Source of the DNA: Bdellovibrionales bacterium
GTDB taxonomy: Bacteria > Bdellovibrionota > Bdellovibrionia > Bdellovibrionales > UBA1609
NCBI GenBank assembly: GCA_027317865.1
Contig: DAHVQG010000003.1
Location: 32,001 to 96,000, forward strand
DNA length: 64,000 nucleotides
Direction of reading: 5' to 3'
A program made the translations under genes and the position numbers. Shown in pieces: positions 30,781 to 41,097 of the stretch (position 1 is the stretch's first letter; each line of letters opens with the position of its first letter). The notes under the pieces were generated by a model that was given only the letters and a program-made list of their open reading frames with translations, ran no database searches and was not told where the DNA came from.

Positions 30781-31140
30781 ATGACATCTTCAAATCTCTA
30801 TCTGTACGGAACAGTCGCACTAATTGTGTTATTTTTTGCATGGAAGAAATGGAGGGCCATAAAAATGCGACCGATCATTGCCGACTATCTCAATAAAAAA
30901 GCTGTCGTCATCGATGTGCGAAGTCCGCAAGAGTTTGCCGGGGGACATTTCGAGGGGAGCATCAATATTCCTTTAAATACTTTGGCCGGTAAAGTGTCGA
31001 CTCTTGATAAATCTCGTCCCACTATTGTTTGTTGCGCATCGGGAGCGAGAAGCGCGGTTGCTCTCGGTATTCTCAAAGGCCAAGGCTTCGAACAGGTAAT
31101 CAACGCCGGGCCGTGGACAAATACCCTCATTTCCCCTTGA
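30781..31140 (+). CDS. Membrane-anchored rhodanese-domain protein
   Basis: TM helix; IDVRSPQEFAGGH and CCASGARS motifs. Confidence 0.92.
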   Translation: MTSSNLYLYGTVALIVLFFAWKKWRAIKMRPIIADYLNKKAVVIDVRSPQEFAGGHFEGSINIPLNTLAGKVSTLDKSRPTIVCCASGARSAVALGILKGQGFEQVINAGPWTNTLISP

Positions 31141-31248
31141 AAGCGAAGGTCGCAATATTTTGGTGTTTTACCGACGCGGTTGAAAAGTCATTAAAATTTG
31201 AACTGTTGACCGCGCACCCAGGGAGATTGAGGGAGGTCTTTTTGGTCC

Positions 31249-32160
31249 TCAAACTCCCTGGGCGAAAATTTCTCCCATTTCTCTAGGGAGCTGCGCGATA
31301 ATGTGTCTAGTCTCGCCAATTGTTGTGACCTCGCCAAATTTGCGCCAAAATTTTTGTAAGATGATTTTCGTTTCGCCTATATTTTTGCCAAGGCGATTGC
31401 TGATTTCGCCGATGATTTCGTCGGTTGTCATTTCAGAACCTCCAAACGAAATTTCAGACATCAGTTCCGCTTGTAAAACATAGGGGAGCTGTGAAAGCAG
31501 ATTTTTGCCCTCACTCGGCGTCACTTTTCGCAAAATCGCAGTGATGGCATAAAGCGTGAGGTTTCGAGCGTCGCCGCGGCTCAAATCTGTAGCACCTGCA
31601 ATTTGGCTGATGAACCGATGGTAAGAATGCTGTCTTCGATCTTGGTGGCGAAACGCGGATCGAGCTGTACCTCGAGCCGGTGGTCTTTGCCCGCTAACGG
31701 GCTTTTCAAGTTGAGACTCAATAATGGCCTTGCTGTCATCGACCTCGATGAGATGCGACTTTATGAGATCGTCGAGTGTAATGACGCCGATGCATCTTTG
31801 GTGCGAATCGGAATCGTCACGAATAACGGGTACGCGTCGAATACCTTCTTCGCGCATCAGCGTGACAACGTCTTGCAATGTCGCTGTTTCTGTGACGGCG
31901 ACCAGTTTGCCGGCGCCCATCAGCTTTTCGATTAAATCATCAGATTTGATTTCTTTAAATGCAAACGCGAAAGCCAAATCACGATCAGTTAATATTCCGA
32001 GAAGATGCCCTTCACGATTATTGATCAAAACACTGCCGATATTTTGGCTTTGCATGGCATGGGCGGCCTGTTTAACAGTTTGATTGGAAGTCAAAATCAC
32101 CGGCCGATGCATCGGGAGCTTGCGTACACTTTGCGTTGTGACTCTTTTTTGAACCGCCAT
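31249..32160 (-). CDS. CBS-pair protein with C-terminal DUF2267-like domain
   Basis: GILTDRD, IRRVPV and GVITLDD; twin QLP motifs. Confidence 0.85.
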   Translation of the reverse strand: MAVQKRVTTQSVRKLPMHRPVILTSNQTVKQAAHAMQSQNIGSVLINNREGHLLGILTDRDLAFAFAFKEIKSDDLIEKLMGAGKLVAVTETATLQDVVTLMREEGIRRVPVIRDDSDSHQRCIGVITLDDLIKSHLIEVDDSKAIIESQLEKPVSGQRPPARGTARSAFRHQDRRQHSYHRFISQIAGATDLSRGDARNLTLYAITAILRKVTPSEGKNLLSQLPYVLQAELMSEISFGGSEMTTDEIIGEISNRLGKNIGETKIILQKFWRKFGEVTTIGETRHIIAQLPREMGEIFAQGV

Positions 32161-32265
32161 GCCGGCATTATGCTACGAAGGGCTTTATCTGAAGTTACGA
32201 TTTGGTGTTGAAATTTTAATACCTAATGTAGACTTGAAGCTGCGATCGCGCTATTGATCAACGTT

Positions 32266-33153
32266 ATGACAACAGTCGTTTTACTCGCTCACAGTAGCGA
32301 TACTATTATCAGCCAGAATATTTTTTGCCTGTTCAGCCTTCTTCATCAGGTTGGGGCTACCAGTTCAGGCGACTTGCAAATTTTCATTTACACCGACCAA
32401 CCGGCGCGGTTTCAAAAATATTTTGGCGACGACAGCCGCATTAAATATGTGGAGCTGACACCGGCTCGCGTGCGAGAGTGGCGTGGATCCATAGATTTCG
32501 TTCATCGCGTAAAAGTCGAAATGCTTCGCGACGCCGGTACAAAATTGTCGGGCCAAGTGAAAACCACCATTTTTTACGTTGATGGCGATACGATTTTTTT
32601 AAAAGATCCCGCGCCGCTTTTTGCGAAAATTGACGCAAAAAATAGCGTTATGCACGAGCTTGAAAATTATTTGGACGAAGGGCGCGATCCGTTATCAAAA
32701 AAAATGGCCCGATTTCTGCGCAAACAATGGCCAGCGGCTTATCGTAAAAAGCAGTTGAGCATGGACCGAGCTAATGAATTGAATGAGCATGTGGCGATGT
32801 GGAATTCGGGCGTGCTTGGATTTACCTCGGATTTCGTTCCTCGTCTTGACGATGTATTACGGCTTACAGAAGAACTTTACACGCAATATCCAAAACACGT
32901 AATGGAACAACTCGCGCTATCTTTTTACATGCAAAAGTGCACTCACATTCACGATGCTCGGGAGTACATATTCCATTATTGGCGTCAGAAAGACGCTTAT
33001 AACAATTGGATCGCGCAATTTTTGTCAGAACACCCAAATGTCGAGGCGGCTCATCGCGATTTTGATTTAGCCAGGCTGCCCTCAGTCGATATTGCAGCAG
33101 CGAAACCTGATAAGTTGAAATGGTTTAAAAAGTGGCGTTCGCTCCGAGCGTAA
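32266..33153 (+). CDS. GT-A fold glycosyltransferase-like protein
   Basis: YVDGDTIF, WNSGVLG, MEQLALS and HYW motifs. Confidence 0.65.
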   Translation: MTTVVLLAHSSDTIISQNIFCLFSLLHQVGATSSGDLQIFIYTDQPARFQKYFGDDSRIKYVELTPARVREWRGSIDFVHRVKVEMLRDAGTKLSGQVKTTIFYVDGDTIFLKDPAPLFAKIDAKNSVMHELENYLDEGRDPLSKKMARFLRKQWPAAYRKKQLSMDRANELNEHVAMWNSGVLGFTSDFVPRLDDVLRLTEELYTQYPKHVMEQLALSFYMQKCTHIHDAREYIFHYWRQKDAYNNWIAQFLSEHPNVEAAHRDFDLARLPSVDIAAAKPDKLKWFKKWRSLRA

Positions 33154-36061
33154 ACAGTACGTTTGTGCCCGAGTAGGTGGAATGGGCTTCGAGCCACGTC
33201 ATACGAAACGGATATTTGTTGGCCAGTAGAAATTCAAATTCAATGCCGCCGCCCGTTTCATCAAATAGATGGTCAGGCGAGCCGTGGGATCTAAAAGATC
33301 CGTCATACCGGTTGTAAACTCCTAGTACTGCAAATCGGCGTAAACTTAACGGAAAAGTTGTGAAATATAATCCGTAATCAAAGGCTTGTTTTAGCTCAAA
33401 ACTGGTTCGACGGACTTCATAATAATATTGGTCGGCATAATCGGTAAGACGGTAAACCGTGGCTGCCGTCGATAACAGAAACGGGTGTTGAAAGTTGCGC
33501 AATTCAACCACCGGCGTGCGCCCGTCTGTCCAAGAATCTTGGTAAGCCGCTGAGAGATAAGTTTGGTGCCAAATGTCGTACTCGAGAGAAGCTTCACCGG
33601 CGTAAACGTTTGATGGGTTTACCCACTGAGGCGCATCGTGGAGCAGTTCATGATCGAATTCGAGACTGAAATGGCGATAATCGTCAAAGCCTAAAGGTTC
33701 AACGACATGCCGGTCGAGAACGAATCGTGTTAGGTCGACATACTGATTGGCATCGTAAAAATTGCGCAACAAATCTTGGTCGTCTTCATAAGCGAAATAC
33801 TCACTTATTTCGCTGGACCATTGTGGCCGTACAAAAAACGGATATATCACTCCGGTTGTGCCGACCCACGCATCATAGTGGCCAAGCACAAAATTCTTGC
33901 CGCTCGAGTTGGATACGACATCGGCGCCGTGAATGTATTCACCAGACAACTCCCAGTTTAAAACGTACTGCGTGTTGAGATAACTCAGAGTTGAATCCGC
34001 ATAGTTGTAACTTCCACCACCGACTGAAAAAGCTAAATTTTGATCTTGTAGAGGATCTGAAAAATGCATATTCAGACCGCCGGTCGCTAAAACGCCATTG
34101 ATCGAATCCCACCCCACATCTAAGCTCGGATCAATACCCTCGTAGTGCAAATTTCTCCACGAACTGTAGGGCCGCTCGTTCTTCAAATTCAGTTTGGGTA
34201 GTTGAACAGGTGTAGATTTGGCGGGTGTTGAAGTCGAACTGGCCGTAGAATTTGCCGTAGTATTGGCTGCGGAGACCTCGGTGGGGTGAGCTGACTGGCG
34301 AGTTGAGTCCGCTAAATCATACAAATGAAAATTCGGACTTGATTCGAATTTGTATTTATAATCGTACGGTGATTGCGCTATGTTTTGAAGCGTAATAATT
34401 TTATACCGGTAGCCCGTGGCCGAAAACTCTGCGACGAGCGCGTGTTGCGAATCGATTATCTGTGCGTCGACGACGACGTCCGAATCAGTCAGGCGGGTAT
34501 ACGTACCGTTCTGCCATTTAAAAAGCGATGAACCGCGTTTAACCGGCGCGACGAAATAAACGGCACCATTTTTGCTGACCTTGACCGGAAACCCCCAAAA
34601 ACCTTTGTATGAAAATAGCTTTGTGGGCCCGCGATACAAGATATGGTTCTTCTCGTTTTGGCCAAAATAATACGGATGCATATGGGGGCCAAAAATAGCC
34701 GAAGATACCGTTTTGCCGATATAGGTTCGCTGATCAGATGGCGTGCTACTTTTTACGCCTTGTTGTCGACGGTCACATTCGCTCCATAATGAAAAATGCA
34801 AAAACGACTTGTTGGCGTCGGCGTAGAGCCTGCAAGAACCCTGTTGATCGTAAACGATTTGATTTTCAGTCCCGCGCCTTAACGTATAGCCATCGCCAAA
34901 AAGCCCCGCTTTGAAATTGGCATTGTCGATTTGCTCAGCGCTCGCTGAAACAAGATGGCCTTTTTCATCTTGAAATATCGAACCCATAGGTAAATCAATT
35001 TTTCGATTTTCCCACTTTCCGGTTTTAATATTATAGATGTGCACGGTCGGCTCGGATTCAAGATCAGTCGTCAAAAAGCGAATTTTATTGTTCTCTTGTG
35101 TAAGAGGACCTTCTTCCATTGAAACAAAAAGCGTCGGACTTGCAGCGGACTTCTGGGTGGAATAAATCGGTTGCCAATGCTTGAGAAAATCTTTTATGGC
35201 GGCCTCATAACCAAAGCCAAATGTGCGCACAAATGCTTCGCGTACATTGAGCGGATTAACATAATTAAATGAGTGTTCATAAAAAAAGTGATCGACTTTT
35301 TGGACGCCAAATTTATCGCTCAACCAATCTTGAAGATATCCGCCCACCCAATATTTTTCATTCGTATACGGAAAGTAAAGATGATCGTTCATAAGGCGCG
35401 TTGAATTTACGTCACCCGCTTTAGCAAGTGCGAAAACCGCCGCGCGGACGCTGCCGCTGTACAACCGCCCGCCGTTACCGAATCGACTCTCGTTCAAAAC
35501 GGCATTGCCTTCGAGAAGAAAAGTCGGAAGAAATTCATTAGGGTACTCCATATAAGTGAAAGGCAGGCTCAAAAATGCGCTCCAACCTAAACTGGTGTCG
35601 CCGAAATATTTTTTTAAAAAAGCCGAATATCCTTCTTTTTGATCGAGTTGATACATATGACTGGTTTCGTGCGACAGCAGCATGTAGAGCCACGAATTAG
35701 CCGCAAATTCATCGGGGATTTCAGCTCCCGCGGGGAAGAATACGGTAAAAAGGCGCGGCAAAATTGTCGTTTCACCGTTAGCGATTTGGTTATGATTCGA
35801 TGCCAGAATTAGGTAAGGAGGGTCGTCAAATTTCCAATTAAAATCTTTTTGATAAAGTGCGCGTAATTTTGAATTGAAAAATACCAGGTCGCGAAGCAAT
35901 GGCCGATCGCTTTTTGTATAGATATATCGGTAGAAGCCATCGTTGTAGATATAATAGGGTTCATCGCTTGAGACGGTGAATCGATTTGAAATCGGCGCAG
36001 TTTGAGCATGGGCGGGTAATGGAATCGCAAACAAGCAACAAAACAGCATCGCGAAGATCAT
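33125..36061 (-). CDS. Outer-membrane protein with N-terminal zincin-like domain, propeller region and C-terminal beta-barrel
   Basis: Signal peptide; HETSH..EGNAV; S/T linker; terminal Phe. Confidence 0.7.
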   Translation of the reverse strand: MIFAMLFCCLFAIPLPAHAQTAPISNRFTVSSDEPYYIYNDGFYRYIYTKSDRPLLRDLVFFNSKLRALYQKDFNWKFDDPPYLILASNHNQIANGETTILPRLFTVFFPAGAEIPDEFAANSWLYMLLSHETSHMYQLDQKEGYSAFLKKYFGDTSLGWSAFLSLPFTYMEYPNEFLPTFLLEGNAVLNESRFGNGGRLYSGSVRAAVFALAKAGDVNSTRLMNDHLYFPYTNEKYWVGGYLQDWLSDKFGVQKVDHFFYEHSFNYVNPLNVREAFVRTFGFGYEAAIKDFLKHWQPIYSTQKSAASPTLFVSMEEGPLTQENNKIRFLTTDLESEPTVHIYNIKTGKWENRKIDLPMGSIFQDEKGHLVSASAEQIDNANFKAGLFGDGYTLRRGTENQIVYDQQGSCRLYADANKSFLHFSLWSECDRRQQGVKSSTPSDQRTYIGKTVSSAIFGPHMHPYYFGQNEKNHILYRGPTKLFSYKGFWGFPVKVSKNGAVYFVAPVKRGSSLFKWQNGTYTRLTDSDVVVDAQIIDSQHALVAEFSATGYRYKIITLQNIAQSPYDYKYKFESSPNFHLYDLADSTRQSAHPTEVSAANTTANSTASSTSTPAKSTPVQLPKLNLKNERPYSSWRNLHYEGIDPSLDVGWDSINGVLATGGLNMHFSDPLQDQNLAFSVGGGSYNYADSTLSYLNTQYVLNWELSGEYIHGADVVSNSSGKNFVLGHYDAWVGTTGVIYPFFVRPQWSSEISEYFAYEDDQDLLRNFYDANQYVDLTRFVLDRHVVEPLGFDDYRHFSLEFDHELLHDAPQWVNPSNVYAGEASLEYDIWHQTYLSAAYQDSWTDGRTPVVELRNFQHPFLLSTAATVYRLTDYADQYYYEVRRTSFELKQAFDYGLYFTTFPLSLRRFAVLGVYNRYDGSFRSHGSPDHLFDETGGGIEFEFLLANKYPFRMTWLEAHSTYSGTNVLFTLGANATF

Positions 36062-36251
36062 GTGTTATCATTTGTGAGGGGCAGAAAAGTGTCAAAGTTC
36101 CCATGACCGTGAAGAAGTTTTCATGTCGCAGTATGCCAAACGTCTTTTCAAGATAACCAAGTCAGCGAAAAATTTACGCAAATTTGAAATATGAAGGTTT
36201 ATAGTGTATAGATTTTAGACAGTGCATCTAGACAGTTATCGAGGAGGTTTC

Positions 36252-36737
36252 GTGCTTAATCCCCAGCAAAATGAGTCCGCGTCGAAAGAAATGCTAAAAG
36301 ACATCCCTAAGGACATTCGAGAAATAGCTCGAGTGGTGACGAAGGTCACAACATTCTCAGAGCCTGAGGATGATTTGAGTTTCATCGATCGCATCGACAA
36401 TATTTTGGACTTGGCCGAAAATGAGTACCCCGTATTTACGTTGGCTAAAAATAAAGCCCGCTTTTTGCGCATGTTGACCTGGTACAAACAAAAAGAAACA
36501 TGGTTGGATGTGGCGCCGCTTTCAGGCGTGAGCAAGTTGTTCAAACAACAAACGAAAGAATTAGAAGGCATTCGCTCCAATAAGCTGGATTATGAAATGG
36601 AACTTGAAACGGGTACTTTAACTCCGAGCCAAAGGTCGTACCGGCGCGATGAGCTAAAGATGTGCAAGGTTCAAGAAAAGATGGCTGTGCATTTGATTGC
36701 GAAAATGCAAGTCAAAATCAAATCGGGCCGTCGATAA
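36252..36737 (+). CDS. Hypothetical helical protein
   Basis: GAGGAGG RBS before GTG. Confidence 0.75.
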   Translation: MLNPQQNESASKEMLKDIPKDIREIARVVTKVTTFSEPEDDLSFIDRIDNILDLAENEYPVFTLAKNKARFLRMLTWYKQKETWLDVAPLSGVSKLFKQQTKELEGIRSNKLDYEMELETGTLTPSQRSYRRDELKMCKVQEKMAVHLIAKMQVKIKSGRR

Positions 36738-36793
36738 AACAGCTTTAATTTCAGATAGTTAGAAACTATTTTCAAAATGAGGCAATTTTTGCC

Positions 36794-36821
36794 TAATCAT
36801 CTCGTATTGATCCGCCGATAA
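36794..36821 (+). promoter_or_regulatory. sigma28/FliA-type promoter
   Basis: TAAT-N16-GCCGATAA upstream of the Fis-HTH gene. Confidence 0.5.
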
Positions 36822-36914
36822 GGTCTTTGTAGGGCTTAGTGGGAGTGTTGTCGATGCAATAACCACATAAGCCACAAGGCTTTGAGTCTCAAAAATAAAT
36901 TGGGAGGGATCAAT

Positions 36915-37346
36915 ATGGGACGTAAAGTGGTTATCGTGAGCGATGACAATGAATTCATCGGTCAGGTTCAATCTTACTGTGCGGATAAAGGTGCTACAGT
37001 TCATGTGTTTTCACTCGATGAGTGGCACAAGCAAGGCGCAAAACCTGGATTCGACTATATTGCTTTAGGCGAAAATCCGCCGTTGGCAAAAGGTACGGTA
37101 CCGATGGAAGGCGCCAAGATTTTACAATTCCCGCAAGGTACTCACGGTCATCGCGTGCAGACGATGAACCAGCTTGAAAGCGCGGCTATTAAAAATGCAA
37201 TTCAAAACTACAATGGCAATCTGACTGAAGCTGCTAAAGCCTTGGGTATCGGCCGGGCGACGCTTTATAGAAAAGTTAAATTGTTCAATATTGATCCAAC
37301 ACAAGCTCGCCGTAACAATAACCGAAATGTGAAAAAAGTGGCCTAA
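36915..37346 (+). CDS. Fis-type (HTH_8) protein with a degenerate receiver-like N-terminus
   Basis: NGNLTEAAKALGIGRATLYRK; GGAGG RBS. Confidence 0.88.
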   Translation: MGRKVVIVSDDNEFIGQVQSYCADKGATVHVFSLDEWHKQGAKPGFDYIALGENPPLAKGTVPMEGAKILQFPQGTHGHRVQTMNQLESAAIKNAIQNYNGNLTEAAKALGIGRATLYRKVKLFNIDPTQARRNNNRNVKKVA

Positions 37347-37356
37347 TAGTTTGCTG

Positions 37357-38382
37357 CTAGGGTGACGAGTCGTCACCCTGGCAAATCGCCGTTTTCGCGT
37401 CGTATTTGTCCGCCATATTATCGTTTCTTTCGTCGCGCAGCTGGGTAGCTGCATTTTCAAATTGGGTATAACTATCGCTCTTTTTGTCGAGATGGCAGGC
37501 GATATTAAAATGAGTCAAAGCCTGATTGTATTTTTTAATTTTAAATAACGATTGAGCGAGCGTCAGTTGCGAACGCACTGATTTGGGCTTGATCTTCGCG
37601 GCAAGAGATAAATACCGGACCGCCGCAGGATAATTTTTTTGCGTGTAGTAGAATTGGCCGGTTGCGTATTGTGCAAATTCGGATTTTTTGAACTGTCGGG
37701 CGACGTCATTAAAAACGCGCTCGGCGGCTGTCACCTTGCCGCTATTGTAGTAGGCTTGCGCGAGAAAAATCCGGTTATCGGGTAGCGATCCGTCGGCCGC
37801 AATTGCCCGCTCGCACGTTTCAATAGCTTGTTTAAGAAATCCGTCATTTGAATAGAGCTTACATTGACGGGCGAGCAGATCCTTTTGGCGGCCAAACTCT
37901 TGAATCATTTGCCTGAGAAGCGTGCGGCTTTCATAGTCCAGCTTGTGTTTTGCAAAAATTTTTAACAGTTCATCATAGCTGGGGCGATATTTGGGGGCGA
38001 GTGCGATCGTTCGTCTCAGACTTTGAACGGCTTTTACGGTTTTACCGGCACGGTTGTATGCGATACCGAGAAAATACTCCGCCCGAAACTGATGCGGATC
38101 ATGTACCAGTACCTGTTGGAGCATTTGAATTTCGCTTTGTACGTCGCCAGTCTTGCCGTACGCCAGAGCTAGAGCCATAGCCGCGATGTCTGAAATTTCA
38201 TTTGAGTAAGGCGCGAGTAAATTAATCGCCTTTTGATACGACTTTTTCTTTAACAGTTGAAACGCCAAATGTTCACGGGCTGGAATCGAAAGGGACGCCG
38301 TCTCTGCGGCAAACACCTTTGGCCCCAGGGCTAAAATCGAGATTATGAGCACCATTTGAGCGGAATGCGCGATTTTCTTCAT
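37357..38382 (-). CDS. Secreted TPR protein
   Basis: Signal peptide; repeated YFLGIAY and LAQAYY TPR helices. Confidence 0.88.
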   Translation of the reverse strand: MKKIAHSAQMVLIISILALGPKVFAAETASLSIPAREHLAFQLLKKKSYQKAINLLAPYSNEISDIAAMALALAYGKTGDVQSEIQMLQQVLVHDPHQFRAEYFLGIAYNRAGKTVKAVQSLRRTIALAPKYRPSYDELLKIFAKHKLDYESRTLLRQMIQEFGRQKDLLARQCKLYSNDGFLKQAIETCERAIAADGSLPDNRIFLAQAYYNSGKVTAAERVFNDVARQFKKSEFAQYATGQFYYTQKNYPAAVRYLSLAAKIKPKSVRSQLTLAQSLFKIKKYNQALTHFNIACHLDKKSDSYTQFENAATQLRDERNDNMADKYDAKTAICQGDDSSP

Positions 38383-38405
38383 GTCTCAATAATAGAAATT
38401 CCTAT

Positions 38406-38432
38406 TAAGGAGCGCAATGGAGTTTCCGATGA
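38406..38432 (+). promoter_or_regulatory. sigma28/FliA-type promoter, predicted leaderless start
   Basis: TAAG-N15-TCCGATGA-N7-ATG(38440). Confidence 0.6.
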
Positions 38433-38439
38433 ATATCAT

Positions 38440-39090
38440 ATGGCAGAACAAGACGATTCAAAAAAGAAGGATAACGGCAAAATCGTGGAATTCCCGCTGC
38501 ATAGGGTGCGAAAACCTAAGGCCAGCGAAGTTCCCCCTGTTCCTAAAACCCCGGAACAAAAAAAGCAGGCACTGGTCGTGTCGCTGCTTTCGGCGATTGT
38601 GGTTGCGATGTTTTTTTCGCACCACACTGCTCCGAGCAGGGCTCCTCAGTCCATCGACATTCGTCCCGGTCTTCACCATGACATTGTCATGGCGGCAAAA
38701 ATCAATCAAGAGTCGCTACGTGAACCTTCAAGTTTGGGTCTTGAGCCGACTTTGGTGGATCAGTTACGGTTCGGGTTACTTGGTAACCGGTATTCATTAA
38801 AGCTAACGTCGGATCACTCTCTGCGGTCGATCAGCTTTGAACAAAAGTCTGGTGCTCACCGCATTCGTGTTCAAGATCTGAACGCATTTGTTAAACAATA
38901 CGGGCCGCTATTTCAAATTCCGTTCGATGACATTAAGGGCCCGACCAAGTTTCACGATAAACAGTATACCTTTGAGATTTTTGAACTTCGCGATAGGTCG
39001 CGATTAGTTGCACATGTGAACTTTATGCTTTTGAAAAATCACGCTCTCGAAGAAATGAACGTTCAACCCGTGGCAATGAAGAATAATTAG
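38440..39090 (+). CDS. Single-TM hypothetical protein
   Basis: TM segment ALVVSLLSAIVVAMFF; first gene of the operon with RDD and rhomboid. Confidence 0.75.
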   Translation: MAEQDDSKKKDNGKIVEFPLHRVRKPKASEVPPVPKTPEQKKQALVVSLLSAIVVAMFFSHHTAPSRAPQSIDIRPGLHHDIVMAAKINQESLREPSSLGLEPTLVDQLRFGLLGNRYSLKLTSDHSLRSISFEQKSGAHRIRVQDLNAFVKQYGPLFQIPFDDIKGPTKFHDKQYTFEIFELRDRSRLVAHVNFMLLKNHALEEMNVQPVAMKNN

Positions 39091-39096
39091 GACAAC

Positions 39097-41097
39097 ATGT
39101 CGTTACTTTTTGGTCCGCAAAGTTCGAAATCCGAAGACGCTAACCGTGATGGGGCGGCACCACTTGATCGATTTGCAGCGGGCGTTATCGATTACGCCAT
39201 TGTACTGATGCCTTTTATTTATTTGATTCTGGCGCCGTTTCAACGCGCGATCAAAGTGGCTGCAGTTTTTGGCACAGCTCCGGCGTGGGGCATTCCAATT
39301 ATAACGGCACTTTCTGTTTTTTCTGTCGTCGTCATGATCTTTCTTTATCAGACGCTGATGGTGACTTTTTGGGGTGGCACGGTTGGTCAGTTACTTTTGG
39401 GCTTACGCGTTTGCAATCTTTGGGATCGTACTAAACCGCGCTTTGGCCAATCGGCGATGCGCTCGTTTTTTTGGTTTTTAAGTTGGATCGCATTAGGCGT
39501 TCCGTTTTTGGCAATTTTTGGCAATGAACTTCGGCGGACGATTCACGATCGCGTGGCCGACACGGTTGTGATTTCAGTGCGAAACGATCGGAAAGTTGAA
39601 AGCCCGACGCGACGGGCGGCGCTGATTGTTTCGGGTATTTTTTGGGCCGTAGGCGTCGTGGCCGTAATCTTTTTAGCCTCAACCGTAATTTCTTATCTCA
39701 ACCAGTATTCGCAACAAAACGGGCTTATCGCACAGCTCGAAGCCGACAACGTTTTGTGCGAACAAGTTTCGGATGCGCAGGCGAACTGGCCGAACGAAAA
39801 TGGTGCGCAAGCGAAACGCCTAAGTGTCGCCATGTCACTCTATACAGCCGGCATCATTGGCAGACATTGCCTTCAAGGGGAAGTTGAAAATTTGCCGTAT
39901 GGTAAAACGGAACAACCTCTTCTTGACCTTGCAAAATCGTTTGTTTACGCCGATGCGCCCGGCCTTTCACAGAGCTACTTAACAAAAATTTGCCAGCTCA
40001 ATTCTTCTAGTGTCGAATGCGCGATGAGCCAGTGGATGACCCAAATTGCGCACGGTAAATGGTCGAACGTTAAGGGCGAATTGGCCGCTCTCAATCATGT
40101 GCAAAAGGTCTTTCCATTTATATGGGCCGAGCGCGAGGCGATGGCACATAATGACTACCGGCTTGCGTGGTCGTTTCTACAAAAGTTGCCGGACGTAAAG
40201 GAACTCGCCGATTTTGCCACTCCCCAACGATTGAAGCTTCTGGTAGCGCTTGGCCATAATAAAGAAGCACACGGTGTCGCTGCGGCCGCATACTCCGCGC
40301 TTGATGACGATGCTAAACTTCGCGTGTCGTCATTTATGTGTGACGAGAACATTGGGTTGTCCTGTGCAAAACTTCAGAGTCGTGGATGCCAAATCTTTTC
40401 GCGACTGACATCTGAATATTCCGACGCGTTGAATTCCACGCAAGCTTCGTTGGCCTACCTACGCTTGTACGAGTGCGGCGACTCTACGCAAAACCCGGCG
40501 TCTATTAACTATGAACCGCTTTTGTCGCTTCCTTTAAATCGTAACGTCAAGGAATTAGTCGAAGCGATCAGCCGCCCGGGTACGCGGGCATTGAATAAAA
40601 TCCGGCAACGAAAATCGCTTGGCGAAAAAGTTGTTGCGGAGGCTACGTGTCGAATTATCGAACGTACTTCCAACATTCAAAAGCTGACGGCACTGATGCG
40701 CTATTGGCGGGATAAACCCGATACGTTGGCTTGGCAAAGAGTCGGTGAACAATTGTTTAACAAGCTTTATCAATCGCACTCCTATGCATTGTCGGCCCAG
40801 GTTGGTAAAACCCTTCTTGCAGAAAAGATGTCGCAAATGAGACTTGCCCGGCAAATCCTCGCGCTCAAACATTCGAATCAAATGGCGCGGGCGCGAATGC
40901 GGTTGGCGGAATATCTGGCACGTTACCCGTCGCCACAATATGCAATGGGTGCAACGTCTGAAGATATGCGTATGCCGGCAAGTCTGCCGTTGCATAGCGC
41001 GGCGGCGACCACTCAATTCCGCACATTTGTTGATCGAACCGGTTTTGTGCACGTGGTTGAATTTTTGGAGAAGAACGCATGCCCGAGGGGAAAATGA
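39097..41097 (+). CDS. RDD-domain membrane protein with large Cys-containing periplasmic helical domain
   Basis: RFAAGVID, GGTVGQLLLGLRV and RRTIHDRVADTVV motifs. Confidence 0.88.
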   Translation: MSLLFGPQSSKSEDANRDGAAPLDRFAAGVIDYAIVLMPFIYLILAPFQRAIKVAAVFGTAPAWGIPIITALSVFSVVVMIFLYQTLMVTFWGGTVGQLLLGLRVCNLWDRTKPRFGQSAMRSFFWFLSWIALGVPFLAIFGNELRRTIHDRVADTVVISVRNDRKVESPTRRAALIVSGIFWAVGVVAVIFLASTVISYLNQYSQQNGLIAQLEADNVLCEQVSDAQANWPNENGAQAKRLSVAMSLYTAGIIGRHCLQGEVENLPYGKTEQPLLDLAKSFVYADAPGLSQSYLTKICQLNSSSVECAMSQWMTQIAHGKWSNVKGELAALNHVQKVFPFIWAEREAMAHNDYRLAWSFLQKLPDVKELADFATPQRLKLLVALGHNKEAHGVAAAAYSALDDDAKLRVSSFMCDENIGLSCAKLQSRGCQIFSRLTSEYSDALNSTQASLAYLRLYECGDSTQNPASINYEPLLSLPLNRNVKELVEAISRPGTRALNKIRQRKSLGEKVVAEATCRIIERTSNIQKLTALMRYWRDKPDTLAWQRVGEQLFNKLYQSHSYALSAQVGKTLLAEKMSQMRLARQILALKHSNQMARARMRLAEYLARYPSPQYAMGATSEDMRMPASLPLHSAAATTQFRTFVDRTGFVHVVEFLEKNACPRGK

